Shown here: positions 26,787-36,856 of the stretch, one piece after another
How the letters are laid out: every line of letters starts with the position of its first letter
How positions within the stretch are numbered: the stretch's first letter is position 1
Virus record (IMG/VR): IMGVR_UViG_3300031787_000068
Span: 1 to 64,000 of that record
Strand: one strand, 5' to 3'
From: a virus
DNA: 64,000 nt
Notes under the pieces: generated by a model
Seen by the model: the letters and a program-made list of their open reading frames with translations, nothing else
Told to the model about the DNA's origin: nothing
The model's database searches: none
Made by a program: the position numbers and the translations under genes

Positions 26787-27428
26787 ATGTCTTTAAAAGC
26801 TCAAACTGAAATATTAAGCAAATTGGGAAATCTCGGAGAATCTATTCCAGGATTAAGTCCTGGACCTATAATTGATAAGCTAGCCAAGGAAAGTGAAGAG
26901 ATTAAAACCATTACAGATTCTATAGATACCGAAGTAGAAGAAGAGATTGAAAGAGCAAAAAGATCGGAAGATAAAACAAAATCGGAAGAGGAAAGAAAAG
27001 CGGAAAGGGATCAAAAAATAAAAGAATCCAGAAAAAAAGCAGATGCCCAAAAAAAGAAAATAATAGATTCGTTTAAAAAAAATATAAAAGGCATAGTCGA
27101 AGAAAAAATAACTGTAATAAAACAAAATTATAAAGTATTTAAAGATTCTATAGATTCTATACCCCCTGATGTTACAGCTCTAATAAGTAACATCGCTCTT
27201 CCCCCTGCAATAACAGCTCCTCCTGGTGCTCCTAATCCCCTTTATGCTATAAATCTAGCAAAGCAAGGGAAAAATACTTTAGGTAGAACTTTAAATGCTG
27301 CCATAGTTGCTTTTACCGAAGTACTAAAAGCTGCCAATGCAATAAAATTTGAGATCCCCCAATTTATATTGTCTCTTTTTGAGAAAATATCCATTGTAAA
27401 TAATGTTATCTCTTCTATACCTATATAA
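26787..27428 (+). CDS. Hypothetical coiled-coil protein next to the spike
   Basis: Charged helical N-terminal half, PPAITAPPGAPNP turn, amphipathic C-terminus. Confidence 0.6.
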   Translation: MSLKAQTEILSKLGNLGESIPGLSPGPIIDKLAKESEEIKTITDSIDTEVEEEIERAKRSEDKTKSEEERKAERDQKIKESRKKADAQKKKIIDSFKKNIKGIVEEKITVIKQNYKVFKDSIDSIPPDVTALISNIALPPAITAPPGAPNPLYAINLAKQGKNTLGRTLNAAIVAFTEVLKAANAIKFEIPQFILSLFEKISIVNNVISSIPI

Positions 27429-27451
27429 TTCTCTTTATTGTTTTTTGTAGA

Positions 27452-27459
27452 GATATATA
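27452..27459 (+). promoter_or_regulatory. Putative late promoter GATATATA
   Basis: Upstream of amidoligase ATG 27467. Confidence 0.65.
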
Positions 27460-27466
27460 TAGATAA

Positions 27467-28870
27467 ATGAGCGAAAGAAATCACATAGATAAACTTAATG
27501 CACTTTCTTCTTCTGTTATAGGATTCGAATTTGAATTTTATACTAATATGCTGAAGGGGGAAGCTGCTGAATCTATAGGGAAGGAGATAAAAAAGAAAGT
27601 TCAGGTATCTGAGAAATACCATTCTGAATTAAAAGTCACTTCATCTCTTTTTAAATTGGAACCCGATTACTCGGGGGGTAATAAAATGGTAGAGCTTATA
27701 ACTGGACCTATGGAATATTCGGAAGCTATTCCGGTTATGATAAAAATTCTAAACTGGATAGAAAAAAATGGGTGGACCGATGATAGGTGTGCATTTCAAT
27801 TTTCTCTTAGTTTCGATAAATTTAGAAGAGAGATAAAAGATAGGATAGAAAATCTAGATAAGCTTAAATTTATATTAGGTCTTGATGAAAATTTTATTTA
27901 TTCTAAATTCGGAAATAGATCGAATAATGTTTATGCAAATACGGTTAAAAGGGTAGTTCCCGTTAACAGATTTTCTATGCTTGAAAATATAACTAGCATA
28001 GACCCTAGACTATTTAAAGTTCCTGATGAAAAATATTACGGGGTAAACTTTACTAAGCTAAAAGATGGATATCTAGAATTTAGATATCTTGGAAATAGGG
28101 ATTATCAGAAAAAAATTAAAGAGATAAGAGAGGTTGTAGATTATGTCATTTTGTATCTTTATGATATCCTAAGTCATAGGACTAACGGATACACAAAAGA
28201 AGATTTAGCAAAATTAAAAGAAATGATGAAGGAATATAGCAAAGTCGTTAGATGCTATAGTAATCCGGAATTATTTTTTATGAATTTCCCTGACTTCCAC
28301 ATATTCGTAGATCTAAAAGGCCTTGATGAAAATATAAAAACTTATTTTCCGATGATAAAAGATAAAATATTTGAGCTTGTCGTCGATGGAAATGTTAGAT
28401 CTTGCTATTTTAATTATGACACGACAAACGGAAGATATCAGGTAAAAGAAGCAAGAATAAGGGATTTTATGAAAATTAAGGATATGGATTTAATATCCTG
28501 TGATATAAAAGGAGGAGCTTTAGAAAATTGTAATCTTTTTACTTGTGACATAAAAAAATCCAGAATAGAGAATTGCAATGTGGCAAACGGATGTAAAATA
28601 ATATCATCTAAAGTTAACGATAGCGTGGTAGAATTTTCAAACGAGCTTAAAAATTGTTTTGTTGACTGCAAAGGAAAAAACATTAACGGTAAGATGGAAG
28701 GAGGGGTTTTTAGAGCTGGGAATATAGGGGAATACGCTGAAATAAGTAAGGATACCGTGAAAGTTAAAGGATTCAACGAACTTAGAGATGAGAGATTCGT
28801 AACGGATACAAGACTAAAAGATTTGAATTTCGATTACAAAAAACCAAAATTTGGAAATATAAACTACTAG
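27467..28870 (+). CDS. Amidoligase_2 (COOH-NH2 ligase, glutamine-synthetase-like fold) family protein with C-terminal beta-helix-like repeats
   Basis: IGFEFEF, LEPDYSGG, VELITGP, KYYGVNF, YLEFRYLG; C-terminal xxNC/xSC pentapeptide-like repeats. Confidence 0.7.
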   Translation: MSERNHIDKLNALSSSVIGFEFEFYTNMLKGEAAESIGKEIKKKVQVSEKYHSELKVTSSLFKLEPDYSGGNKMVELITGPMEYSEAIPVMIKILNWIEKNGWTDDRCAFQFSLSFDKFRREIKDRIENLDKLKFILGLDENFIYSKFGNRSNNVYANTVKRVVPVNRFSMLENITSIDPRLFKVPDEKYYGVNFTKLKDGYLEFRYLGNRDYQKKIKEIREVVDYVILYLYDILSHRTNGYTKEDLAKLKEMMKEYSKVVRCYSNPELFFMNFPDFHIFVDLKGLDENIKTYFPMIKDKIFELVVDGNVRSCYFNYDTTNGRYQVKEARIRDFMKIKDMDLISCDIKGGALENCNLFTCDIKKSRIENCNVANGCKIISSKVNDSVVEFSNELKNCFVDCKGKNINGKMEGGVFRAGNIGEYAEISKDTVKVKGFNELRDERFVTDTRLKDLNFDYKKPKFGNINY

Positions 28871-28873
28871 AAA

Positions 28874-29668
28874 ATGACATTAGACGAATTAATACAAGAA
28901 ATAGAAGATGCTATATCTTTTAGTTGCTCTCTCCCTTATAATCTTAATAGACAGGAGACCGAAAGAATCATAAAAAGAGCTCGAGCTTGGTTTTATGACA
29001 ATTACCAATATGCGGTAGAAGAAAGGATAATGGTTCTAGCAAATCAGCTATTCAATCATCCCGAATTTAGAAAAACCAGACAACTAAAGCTTCCTGATTC
29101 TATAGTAACTGTATTTGACGTTAGAGAAGTTGGGGGTGCTGGGATCTCTGGGAATCCCGACAGGGATTTTAGTGATTCTAAACTTTTAGGTTCTGAATTA
29201 TTGCTTTCCCCTTTTATCGGAGACAATCTTGTATATAGAACCGTCATGTACTCTTACTTCGACCTAGCAAAAGCTTATTTATTACCTACCTATGCTTTCA
29301 AATGGAATAAAAATAGTAAATTTTTAACTATATTAGGTAGAGATCCAGGGAGAAGCGGAAAAGGAGGAGGATCCCAGCAGGCTCAGCTAGCCCAGGGATT
29401 TGGGTCCGGAGGAACCGATGTGGCAGTAAGGTGCTTTGTTGCTATAAATGATGAATATCTTTACGATGATGAATTATTTGTTAGGTATTGTATCGGAAAA
29501 TGTAAAGTAGCATTGGGAACTATGCTAGGAGTATTTTCTTATACTCTTCCGGGAGGAGTCCAAGTCAATTCAGCGGATATAAAATCAAATGGAGAAGCGG
29601 AGATACAAGAAGTAATGGAAATGATAAACGGAGAAAATACGGCTTCTTATTTCTTACAGTGGTCTTAA
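28874..29668 (+). CDS. Neck/head-tail connector protein (T4 gp13-like)
   Basis: C-terminal FVRYCIGKCK...TLPGGVQVN...EAEIQEVME signature. Confidence 0.7.
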   Translation: MTLDELIQEIEDAISFSCSLPYNLNRQETERIIKRARAWFYDNYQYAVEERIMVLANQLFNHPEFRKTRQLKLPDSIVTVFDVREVGGAGISGNPDRDFSDSKLLGSELLLSPFIGDNLVYRTVMYSYFDLAKAYLLPTYAFKWNKNSKFLTILGRDPGRSGKGGGSQQAQLAQGFGSGGTDVAVRCFVAINDEYLYDDELFVRYCIGKCKVALGTMLGVFSYTLPGGVQVNSADIKSNGEAEIQEVMEMINGENTASYFLQWS

Positions 29669-29726
29669 TCTAAAAAAAGAATATTTTTTAGATTTTTTTT
29701 CTAGGATATATAAAAAAATAAAATGT

Positions 29727-30101
29727 ATGCTTAGAGAAATCTATAATAGAGATCCGGAAGATCCAAATTACAAAGAAAATCAATTAGAGGTAACCGATCC
29801 ACTCGAAGCTTGTCTGGGGAAAATTAAAATGCTTTTTTTCACTAGAAAGGGAGAGGTTTTAGGGGATCCTAGCTTTGGATTAGATCTTGAAGAATACATA
29901 TATGATTTGAATTTAACGGAAGCAGCTATGAAAAAACAAATACAGAATAATATAGAAGCATATATACCAGAATTTGAATCCCTGGGAGGAACCTATGAAC
30001 TTAAATTTTATTTGGGGACTAATAGAGATATTGCTACTTTAGATTTTAGGTTTAATTCCAATTCCGGATTAAGTCCTCTTGTTACACTATTAATTAGTTA
30101 A
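29727..30101 (+). CDS. Baseplate wedge gp25-like protein
   Basis: IKMLFFTRKGEVLGDPSFGLDLEEYIY...IEAYIP; GATATATA at 29705..29712. Confidence 0.85.
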   Translation: MLREIYNRDPEDPNYKENQLEVTDPLEACLGKIKMLFFTRKGEVLGDPSFGLDLEEYIYDLNLTEAAMKKQIQNNIEAYIPEFESLGGTYELKFYLGTNRDIATLDFRFNSNSGLSPLVTLLIS

Positions 30102-30103
30102 AA

Positions 30104-31828
30104 ATGAATATTTATAAAAAGAATAACATATTAATATCCGGTCTATTATCTAGTACCTATTCTTTCATAACAAAGACTTATTCTCAAAGCAGAAATCTAT
30201 TTACTGTTGCTTCTGCATGGGGACAGATTACTTTCGTTTTTCAAAATATTTCTCAACTTATTCTTTATTTCATAGAGGATTCGATAACTGAATTAAATAT
30301 AGAACAAGCTACCAGAGATTATTCGATAAGGAGTCTTGCAAGAATATCGGGGTATGATCCTAAAAGAACAAATGCTTCTCAGGGAGAAGTCATTGTTACC
30401 TGGAATGCTTCCAATACTCAAGCAGGAGGAGGATCTATAATAATACCAAGAAATACCCAAATTAGAAATCAACAAAACGGACAAACCTACACTTTGATTC
30501 TTTCCTCCGATAGAATAACCATTCCCCTCTCATCTCAATCCCAGCCTCAGGTTTTTAAAGTGGTTCAAGGAACATTCGATTCTACTACTTTTACTTCTAC
30601 GGGTTCTCCCCTATTAAGTTTTAATATCCCGGTTATAAACGGGCAGTATATAGATCAATTTTACGTGGACGTGTATGTTAACGAGGAAAAATGGAGAAAA
30701 TATGATTCTCTCTATGATATACCTTTAAACGGAAAGGGATACATAATAAAAAGCGGAATAGCTAGCGGGGTGGACGTTTATTTTGGTAATTCTTTTTTCG
30801 GAAGAATCCCTCAAGGAGGATCTAGAATTAGGGTAGAATATCTTTCAAATATAGGAATAAAAGGAAATGTTTATTCTTCACAAAATAACCCTTTAACTTG
30901 GAAATTTTCTACAGAAGGAACTGATTTATACGGAGCATCTGCGGATTTAAATTTATACCTAAATATCACAAATTCTTTGGACCCGGATTTTGGAACAGAT
31001 CCCGACCCGACATCATTAATTAGAGTAGTTGCTCCTAAAACTAGTAGATCTTTTGTATTTGCAAATGCAGAAAGCTACGAAATCTTTTTAAATAAATTGG
31101 GAATATTTTCTCAAATACAGGCTTATTCCACGTTCGAAGATGAAAATTTGGACGACGATAACGTTATTTACATTTATCTGGTTCCTGATATAACATTAAA
31201 TATAGCTTCTAATCAGGACTATTTTAGTGTTCCTATCCAAAACTTTATTCTTACTGGGGATCAAAAAAATAGAATATTAAATTTAATAGAGGATTCAGGA
31301 TCTATGATAGCTACTACTGTGGTTCAAATAGTAGATCCGATTATTAAAAAATTCATTTTAAACATAACCATAAGTACTTTTCAGGGATTTGATCCCAATA
31401 CCATTAAACAACAGATAAGAAACAAGATATCAGATTACATGTTAAATCTAAAAAGAAGGGATAAGATACCTAGATCTGACATGATTGCAATAGTAGAATC
31501 CGTTTCTGGGGTAGACTCCGTTTTTGTTGAATTTATATCTCAGGAGGATCAAGAAGCTTTAATAGCACTTCAGAATACTGGGGGATCTGGACAGACCGTG
31601 AATTATCAATCAAGCTCCATAGACACTTTTGGTGATATTATAATAGGAATGAATCAACTAGTTCTTCTTAGAGGGGGGTGGACAGATTTGGAAGGAAATA
31701 ATTATACAATTAGCCCGGTAACCGGAAGTCTAGGACCGATAAATATAACTATCCAAGGAGCTCCGGTTCCTGTTAATTTCAACAATCAATTGAATTCTAC
31801 AACTAGACAATCTATAATAAATAAATAA
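30104..31828 (+). CDS. Baseplate wedge gp6 / baseplate J-like protein
   Basis: NIEQATRDYSIRSLARISGYDP, VYFGNSFFGRIP...IRVEYL; follows the gp25-like gene. Confidence 0.85.
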   Translation: MNIYKKNNILISGLLSSTYSFITKTYSQSRNLFTVASAWGQITFVFQNISQLILYFIEDSITELNIEQATRDYSIRSLARISGYDPKRTNASQGEVIVTWNASNTQAGGGSIIIPRNTQIRNQQNGQTYTLILSSDRITIPLSSQSQPQVFKVVQGTFDSTTFTSTGSPLLSFNIPVINGQYIDQFYVDVYVNEEKWRKYDSLYDIPLNGKGYIIKSGIASGVDVYFGNSFFGRIPQGGSRIRVEYLSNIGIKGNVYSSQNNPLTWKFSTEGTDLYGASADLNLYLNITNSLDPDFGTDPDPTSLIRVVAPKTSRSFVFANAESYEIFLNKLGIFSQIQAYSTFEDENLDDDNVIYIYLVPDITLNIASNQDYFSVPIQNFILTGDQKNRILNLIEDSGSMIATTVVQIVDPIIKKFILNITISTFQGFDPNTIKQQIRNKISDYMLNLKRRDKIPRSDMIAIVESVSGVDSVFVEFISQEDQEALIALQNTGGSGQTVNYQSSSIDTFGDIIIGMNQLVLLRGGWTDLEGNNYTISPVTGSLGPINITIQGAPVPVNFNNQLNSTTRQSIINK

Positions 31829-31829
31829 G

Positions 31830-32372
31830 ATGGAAGACAAGAATCAAAAATTTTCTCCATTTTTTCCAGGGGATGAGCTGAAAGTAAGTTATACTCCATT
31901 TGGGGCTAAATATAAGACTACTAACACAACTTTTTACGATTCTAAAGACCAATACGAAACGATCCAACTCGCAGAAGAAAGATCTATAAATATAGGTTGC
32001 TCTGGGTATAGATCTTCAGTAATAAATTCAAATGGGGATCTTAGATTTTTTCCTTGTTCTAGTTCTTCGGATTATTTGGAAATAATGAAAGGAATGATTC
32101 CTGTCGAAGAGGAAAGAAAATATTATGATTTCGATCAGAGAAATAATATATTCGATGTGATGTATAGTACTAATGACACCGCTTATTCGGGGTTTGATTA
32201 TAAAGATAAAATATTAAAGAAGACTTTGTCCAAGGTTATATTTAAAGACCCGGTTAAATCTAATATTTTATCTTATTTTGAAAGAGGGTTTTTTGCTTTA
32301 GTTGAAACCACTAAACAGATAAAAAATTATTTTAATTATACAGTACCCAAGAATAATAGGAGGGTTTTTTAG
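31830..32372 (+). CDS. Baseplate-associated hypothetical protein with DUF3721-like Cys motif
   Basis: LAEERSINIGCSGY...FFPCSS. Confidence 0.45.
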   Translation: MEDKNQKFSPFFPGDELKVSYTPFGAKYKTTNTTFYDSKDQYETIQLAEERSINIGCSGYRSSVINSNGDLRFFPCSSSSDYLEIMKGMIPVEEERKYYDFDQRNNIFDVMYSTNDTAYSGFDYKDKILKKTLSKVIFKDPVKSNILSYFERGFFALVETTKQIKNYFNYTVPKNNRRVF

Positions 32373-32374
32373 AT

Positions 32375-35300
32375 ATGGCAGATTTAAAACTTAGATTTTT
32401 TAATAAACAGGGAAATCCTTTAAATTTCGATTATATAGGTCCTACCGGTCCTAGCGATCTGGATTCTAATTTTTTATATAAAACTAATACAACTTCTTCG
32501 AACGAGGGAGATGTTATTTTCCAGCAGTCCGGACCAAATTATACCTTCCAGTTCAACCCAAAAGATTCTAATTTTTTCGACATAACCTCCCTATCAAATC
32601 AGATAGATTATTCTATAGACAGAGGATCTGAAATTTATTTAGAAGGAAGAGTTATCGGGGGAAGCCAGTTTAAAGGAAAAATATTATCTTGTGTTGTAAC
32701 CCCAACTAATGTAACAATAACCATTCCCGTAAATAATTTTATAGGTCAAAATATAATAGCATTAAGCAAAATTATATCTTTTAAAATCTCTTATAAAAAT
32801 CTTCCAGGGGGATATTTTTTCGGGAATATCTATTTCGATCCAGTTTCTTCTGGACTTTACGAAAACGAACAAATCTTTATCTCTCAACAAATATTAGGCC
32901 CTTCCGGGCAAACCGAATACAGTTACCCAAGAACTTTAGCGACTGGATCTACCGGAGGAAAATGGAGAACTAGATGGTACAATAATTCATATGGAAATAT
33001 TGATGTAACGGAGATAATTTTTACGTATAAAATATTAGAGGATCTCCCGGGCGGAGAAGGTAATCCTTTAATAGTTTCCTATCCCAATATAGTTTATACG
33101 GATATAATAGCATCTTCTACCGATTACTATTCTAATGGATCTTTAGTTTGTCCATCTTTTGGTCCTTCAGAATCTAAAGCACTTTCCGTAAATGTAGCTT
33201 TAAATGGACCGGAAGAATCGGAAGAAGTTTACGAGAGAAAACTTATAATAGAAGACATAAGTGCTGGACCTACCGGAAATAATGTTTCTAAAATTTTAGA
33301 GGTTAATTTTTACGGACAAATAGTAGGAGAGGACGAAAGATTAAAAGTTTTAGCTAATAACTTAGGAAGATCTTTTGATCTTGAGGATTCTATAATTCTA
33401 AGGAATCACGATCCTAAAGAGCCTCTTCCTAATTACGAAGAAATAAACGAAAAAAGAAAAGAATTACTTATTGCCGGGGAAGAAATATTTCCTTATCTTG
33501 GTAGTTATAAAGGACTAGTAAATGCCCTAAAATTTTTCGGGTATCAAGATTTAAGAATAAAAGAATACTGGCTGAATCTGGATTTTAGCCAAGCTGAGGG
33601 ATTAATTCCTCCGCAGTTAAAGAATAAACAAGTCTTAGATGAAATAAAATCCCAAAGACTGAAATCAGGAACCCAATCTTATTCGATACAAGATGTACTT
33701 GATAATCCAAATTCTGGAAAATATAGATTGGAGCAGACTTATGGGCCGGATTCAGAAGGAAATTATGTTCTTGACGTTTCTTCTCAAAACACACTAGTTC
33801 CTACTAATGCCTATAAGAAGACCTCATTATTTGGACTTTATTATGATATAAATAAAGTAACCGGAGAAATAGACGAATTCGGATATCCGGTAGTAGTTGA
33901 TGCATTTCAATTTACTCAAGAAGAAGTTCTCATAAAGCTTTTTGGACTAAAAAATATACTAAAAAGAGATTATCTTCCTTTAAATGCAAGAATAGTAGAT
34001 ATAACAGGAGAAGGAATTTATTTTTCTGTTTATAGAAATAAATTTTGGTTCGATCTGGTAGAAAGAAGAGAAATAAAACCAGGATCTAGATTTGATTTTA
34101 GGATAAACCCAGATCTAGCTTATATAGAAGATCTAAGGAATTTTAATATAAGACCTCAGTCTCTTCCTTTACAAACCCCAAGTTTATATTACGATACTTA
34201 CAATATATCAGTGGATGTATTAGGAGGAACCGGTAGCAGCGTTTATTTTACAGGATTCCCAGACTTAGGAGTAACAGGTCCTTCAGGACCTAATTTTCCA
34301 TTAAATGTTGTTTCTGGTAAATCATATAATTTTAATACCTCTACGGAGGGATTTACTTTTTACATAACCGAATCCCCTTCTTTTACCCAGCAAGATCCGA
34401 TAGGACTCACTGGAAATGGAGCTACCTCGGGATCTTCTGGAATTTCTTGGTATGTTAATCCCCAACAAACAGGGCCTTTATATTACTATTTTTCTGAAAA
34501 TTTAAATATAAATGGGATAATAAATGTTTCCCCTTCTAATTTATCGGATTTAGGTAACTCCATAAACCCTCTGGATTTTCAACAGAATTATAGCTCTTCT
34601 CAGAATGAAAGTCTAATAAATTCTATAAATGAATTCTACGATCTAAAGCAACAAGGAAAAATACAACTTCTTGGGGACGGGAGATACGATCCCCCTTCTT
34701 ATCAAGATCCTTCTACAAATACCCCATATAAAGTTCCAATAGGTACTCCTTTAGTTCTAGAATTAGAAATTGATAGATGGACTTGGGACGAAATGAATTT
34801 TTTATGGAGCTCAATAAATCTTCCTTCTTTTAAAATTGGAGATTCCGTTTCAATTAAGCCTAAGATTGCTTCTCTGACCGCAGGAATAACTGGGGGATCT
34901 ATTTCATCCGTAACTATAAATTTTGCAGGTCTTGGGTATTCTTCGGTACCTAATATATCTATAACTGGAGGGGGAGGAGCTGGAGCTGGATTGATCGCAG
35001 TAATTTCAGGAACAGAAATAACTTCGATTACTATAGTATCTGGAGGATCTGGATACACGTCTAGTCCTACTTTAACAATAGATTCTCCTTCAGGAGATTC
35101 GGGAACTGTGGTTGGTGTTAACTATTCAAACGGAACCTATGATGTTTTGCTTTCTTCTACGGGATTAGTCCATAACTTCGAAGGATTTGAAATATCTTCT
35201 AGCTCCCAATCTTACAATCTAATGACCTGGAGAAATATAGATTTTTCTAATGATGTTGAAATAGAATGGGTAATAAATAAGGATTCTACCCAAGATGGAT

Positions 35301-36805
35301 CCCCTTATAATTTTGAATTTAGGGGATCTATAGTAGATTTTAATAAGCTTGCCCACTTTATCCCTTTTACGGGAGATTTTAATGTAACCTGCAACATATA
35401 CGACGGATTTAACAATAAATCTACCAGGATAAAAAATAAGAATTTAACTGTTCAACCAAAGAGAATAAAACTGGAATCCTGGGCTAATGAGGAAGCAAGC
35501 TCTTGGACTAGATATAGAGAAGTAGAGCATTATATTTGGGATAGAGTTTTTAGGTCTTGGGATAATTATCAATCTATATGGGAATTTCCTGCAGAGGGAG
35601 AAAGCGAATCTAAGATGAAAAATCTTATTCCCCAGGAAATATTAGATTTCGCATTTTACGGGAATAAGTCAGAGGAGGGACAGGATGTTTACGTTAAAGT
35701 TAAAACAGATCCTATAGGAGCTACCGGAGAGATAAGATTGGCCCAGTCTTTTTTAAATGTGAGCGAGATATATTCTTTAGAAGTAACTCCTACTCAATAT
35801 GGATATGTTAGGGTATCTTTCTCTTCTCCTCACGGCCTAAGTACGGGAGATTACATCTATATTTCTAATACGATACCGGAGCTAGAAGGAAGTTGGTCCA
35901 TAACCGTTCTTTCCTCTACTGAAATTAGAATAAGTACCGTTTTGGAGATTGGATGGACCGGAGTTATATCTTCAGTTTCTCCTAACCGATTAAATGTGGA
36001 TTCTTCTTTATACCCTTCTCAGCAGATAACAGGGAGCGGATTTGTTTCAGTTAATGTCGGAGGAGTTACTATAGGATCTACAATAGCAGGACAATCCCTT
36101 TATAACACAACAAATTATTTGGTTTCCTCTATAAATAACTTAACCACGTATCCGGATTATTTTGCAACCTGTTTAGACCCAACTACCAATCCAACCAAAA
36201 TAATTATACATGCTTCCGACGATCTCGGAAGTACTCAGAATGGGGTTCCAGTAGTAGTTTCGACCTCTGGGCTTCTCTCTACGACTTATTACGATACTCA
36301 ATTAGGAAATGGACTCAGTCCAACTGAAACCTATGAATTCTGGAGTGAATCCAGTGAAAAATATCCCAATGAGAATCTAAAATTCTGGGGAACTAAAAGA
36401 CTAAATTGGGATATATTCTATAACAATAGTTGGGAAGATGGATATGCACATTCGTGGTTAGATTTTGAATTCAATAACGATTGGCTTGGAGGATTTGAAT
36501 TACATAATTTAAGTATAGGAGATTTGATTTCCGTGAGTTCAGGAATATTAAGTCCACCGGACACTAAAAATTATAATTCTTACGTCTATAGTTTAGGATT
36601 CTACGGGATAACGGGATCTACTATACAGGAGATATCCAATGAGCTAAATGGGAACTCAAATTCTCATATAGGAAATTATGATTATAGGCCAATACCTAGC
36701 GATACTGGTTCTTTTAATAGTGATTCTCCTCCGATTAATATAGGAATAAATAGTTTTACCGCTCCTATTTCTCCTTATCCTTCTCCCCCTTCTGTTCCAG
36801 TGTAA
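32375..36805 (+). CDS. Large baseplate wedge protein (gp7-like) with inserted accessory domains
   Basis: YLGSYKGLVNALKFFGYQDLRIKEYW (gp7/tail-I-like), GxGYxxxP wedge repeats, PHGLSTGDYIYI (FCCH-like), cupredoxin-like segment. Confidence 0.65.
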   Translation: MADLKLRFFNKQGNPLNFDYIGPTGPSDLDSNFLYKTNTTSSNEGDVIFQQSGPNYTFQFNPKDSNFFDITSLSNQIDYSIDRGSEIYLEGRVIGGSQFKGKILSCVVTPTNVTITIPVNNFIGQNIIALSKIISFKISYKNLPGGYFFGNIYFDPVSSGLYENEQIFISQQILGPSGQTEYSYPRTLATGSTGGKWRTRWYNNSYGNIDVTEIIFTYKILEDLPGGEGNPLIVSYPNIVYTDIIASSTDYYSNGSLVCPSFGPSESKALSVNVALNGPEESEEVYERKLIIEDISAGPTGNNVSKILEVNFYGQIVGEDERLKVLANNLGRSFDLEDSIILRNHDPKEPLPNYEEINEKRKELLIAGEEIFPYLGSYKGLVNALKFFGYQDLRIKEYWLNLDFSQAEGLIPPQLKNKQVLDEIKSQRLKSGTQSYSIQDVLDNPNSGKYRLEQTYGPDSEGNYVLDVSSQNTLVPTNAYKKTSLFGLYYDINKVTGEIDEFGYPVVVDAFQFTQEEVLIKLFGLKNILKRDYLPLNARIVDITGEGIYFSVYRNKFWFDLVERREIKPGSRFDFRINPDLAYIEDLRNFNIRPQSLPLQTPSLYYDTYNISVDVLGGTGSSVYFTGFPDLGVTGPSGPNFPLNVVSGKSYNFNTSTEGFTFYITESPSFTQQDPIGLTGNGATSGSSGISWYVNPQQTGPLYYYFSENLNINGIINVSPSNLSDLGNSINPLDFQQNYSSSQNESLINSINEFYDLKQQGKIQLLGDGRYDPPSYQDPSTNTPYKVPIGTPLVLELEIDRWTWDEMNFLWSSINLPSFKIGDSVSIKPKIASLTAGITGGSISSVTINFAGLGYSSVPNISITGGGGAGAGLIAVISGTEITSITIVSGGSGYTSSPTLTIDSPSGDSGTVVGVNYSNGTYDVLLSSTGLVHNFEGFEISSSSQSYNLMTWRNIDFSNDVEIEWVINKDSTQDGSPYNFEFRGSIVDFNKLAHFIPFTGDFNVTCNIYDGFNNKSTRIKNKNLTVQPKRIKLESWANEEASSWTRYREVEHYIWDRVFRSWDNYQSIWEFPAEGESESKMKNLIPQEILDFAFYGNKSEEGQDVYVKVKTDPIGATGEIRLAQSFLNVSEIYSLEVTPTQYGYVRVSFSSPHGLSTGDYIYISNTIPELEGSWSITVLSSTEIRISTVLEIGWTGVISSVSPNRLNVDSSLYPSQQITGSGFVSVNVGGVTIGSTIAGQSLYNTTNYLVSSINNLTTYPDYFATCLDPTTNPTKIIIHASDDLGSTQNGVPVVVSTSGLLSTTYYDTQLGNGLSPTETYEFWSESSEKYPNENLKFWGTKRLNWDIFYNNSWEDGYAHSWLDFEFNNDWLGGFELHNLSIGDLISVSSGILSPPDTKNYNSYVYSLGFYGITGSTIQEISNELNGNSNSHIGNYDYRPIPSDTGSFNSDSPPINIGINSFTAPISPYPSPPSVPV

Positions 36806-36856
36806 TGAGAGATTATACCTTTTTATAAAAGAAATATATAGTTAAAAAAAAGATTA

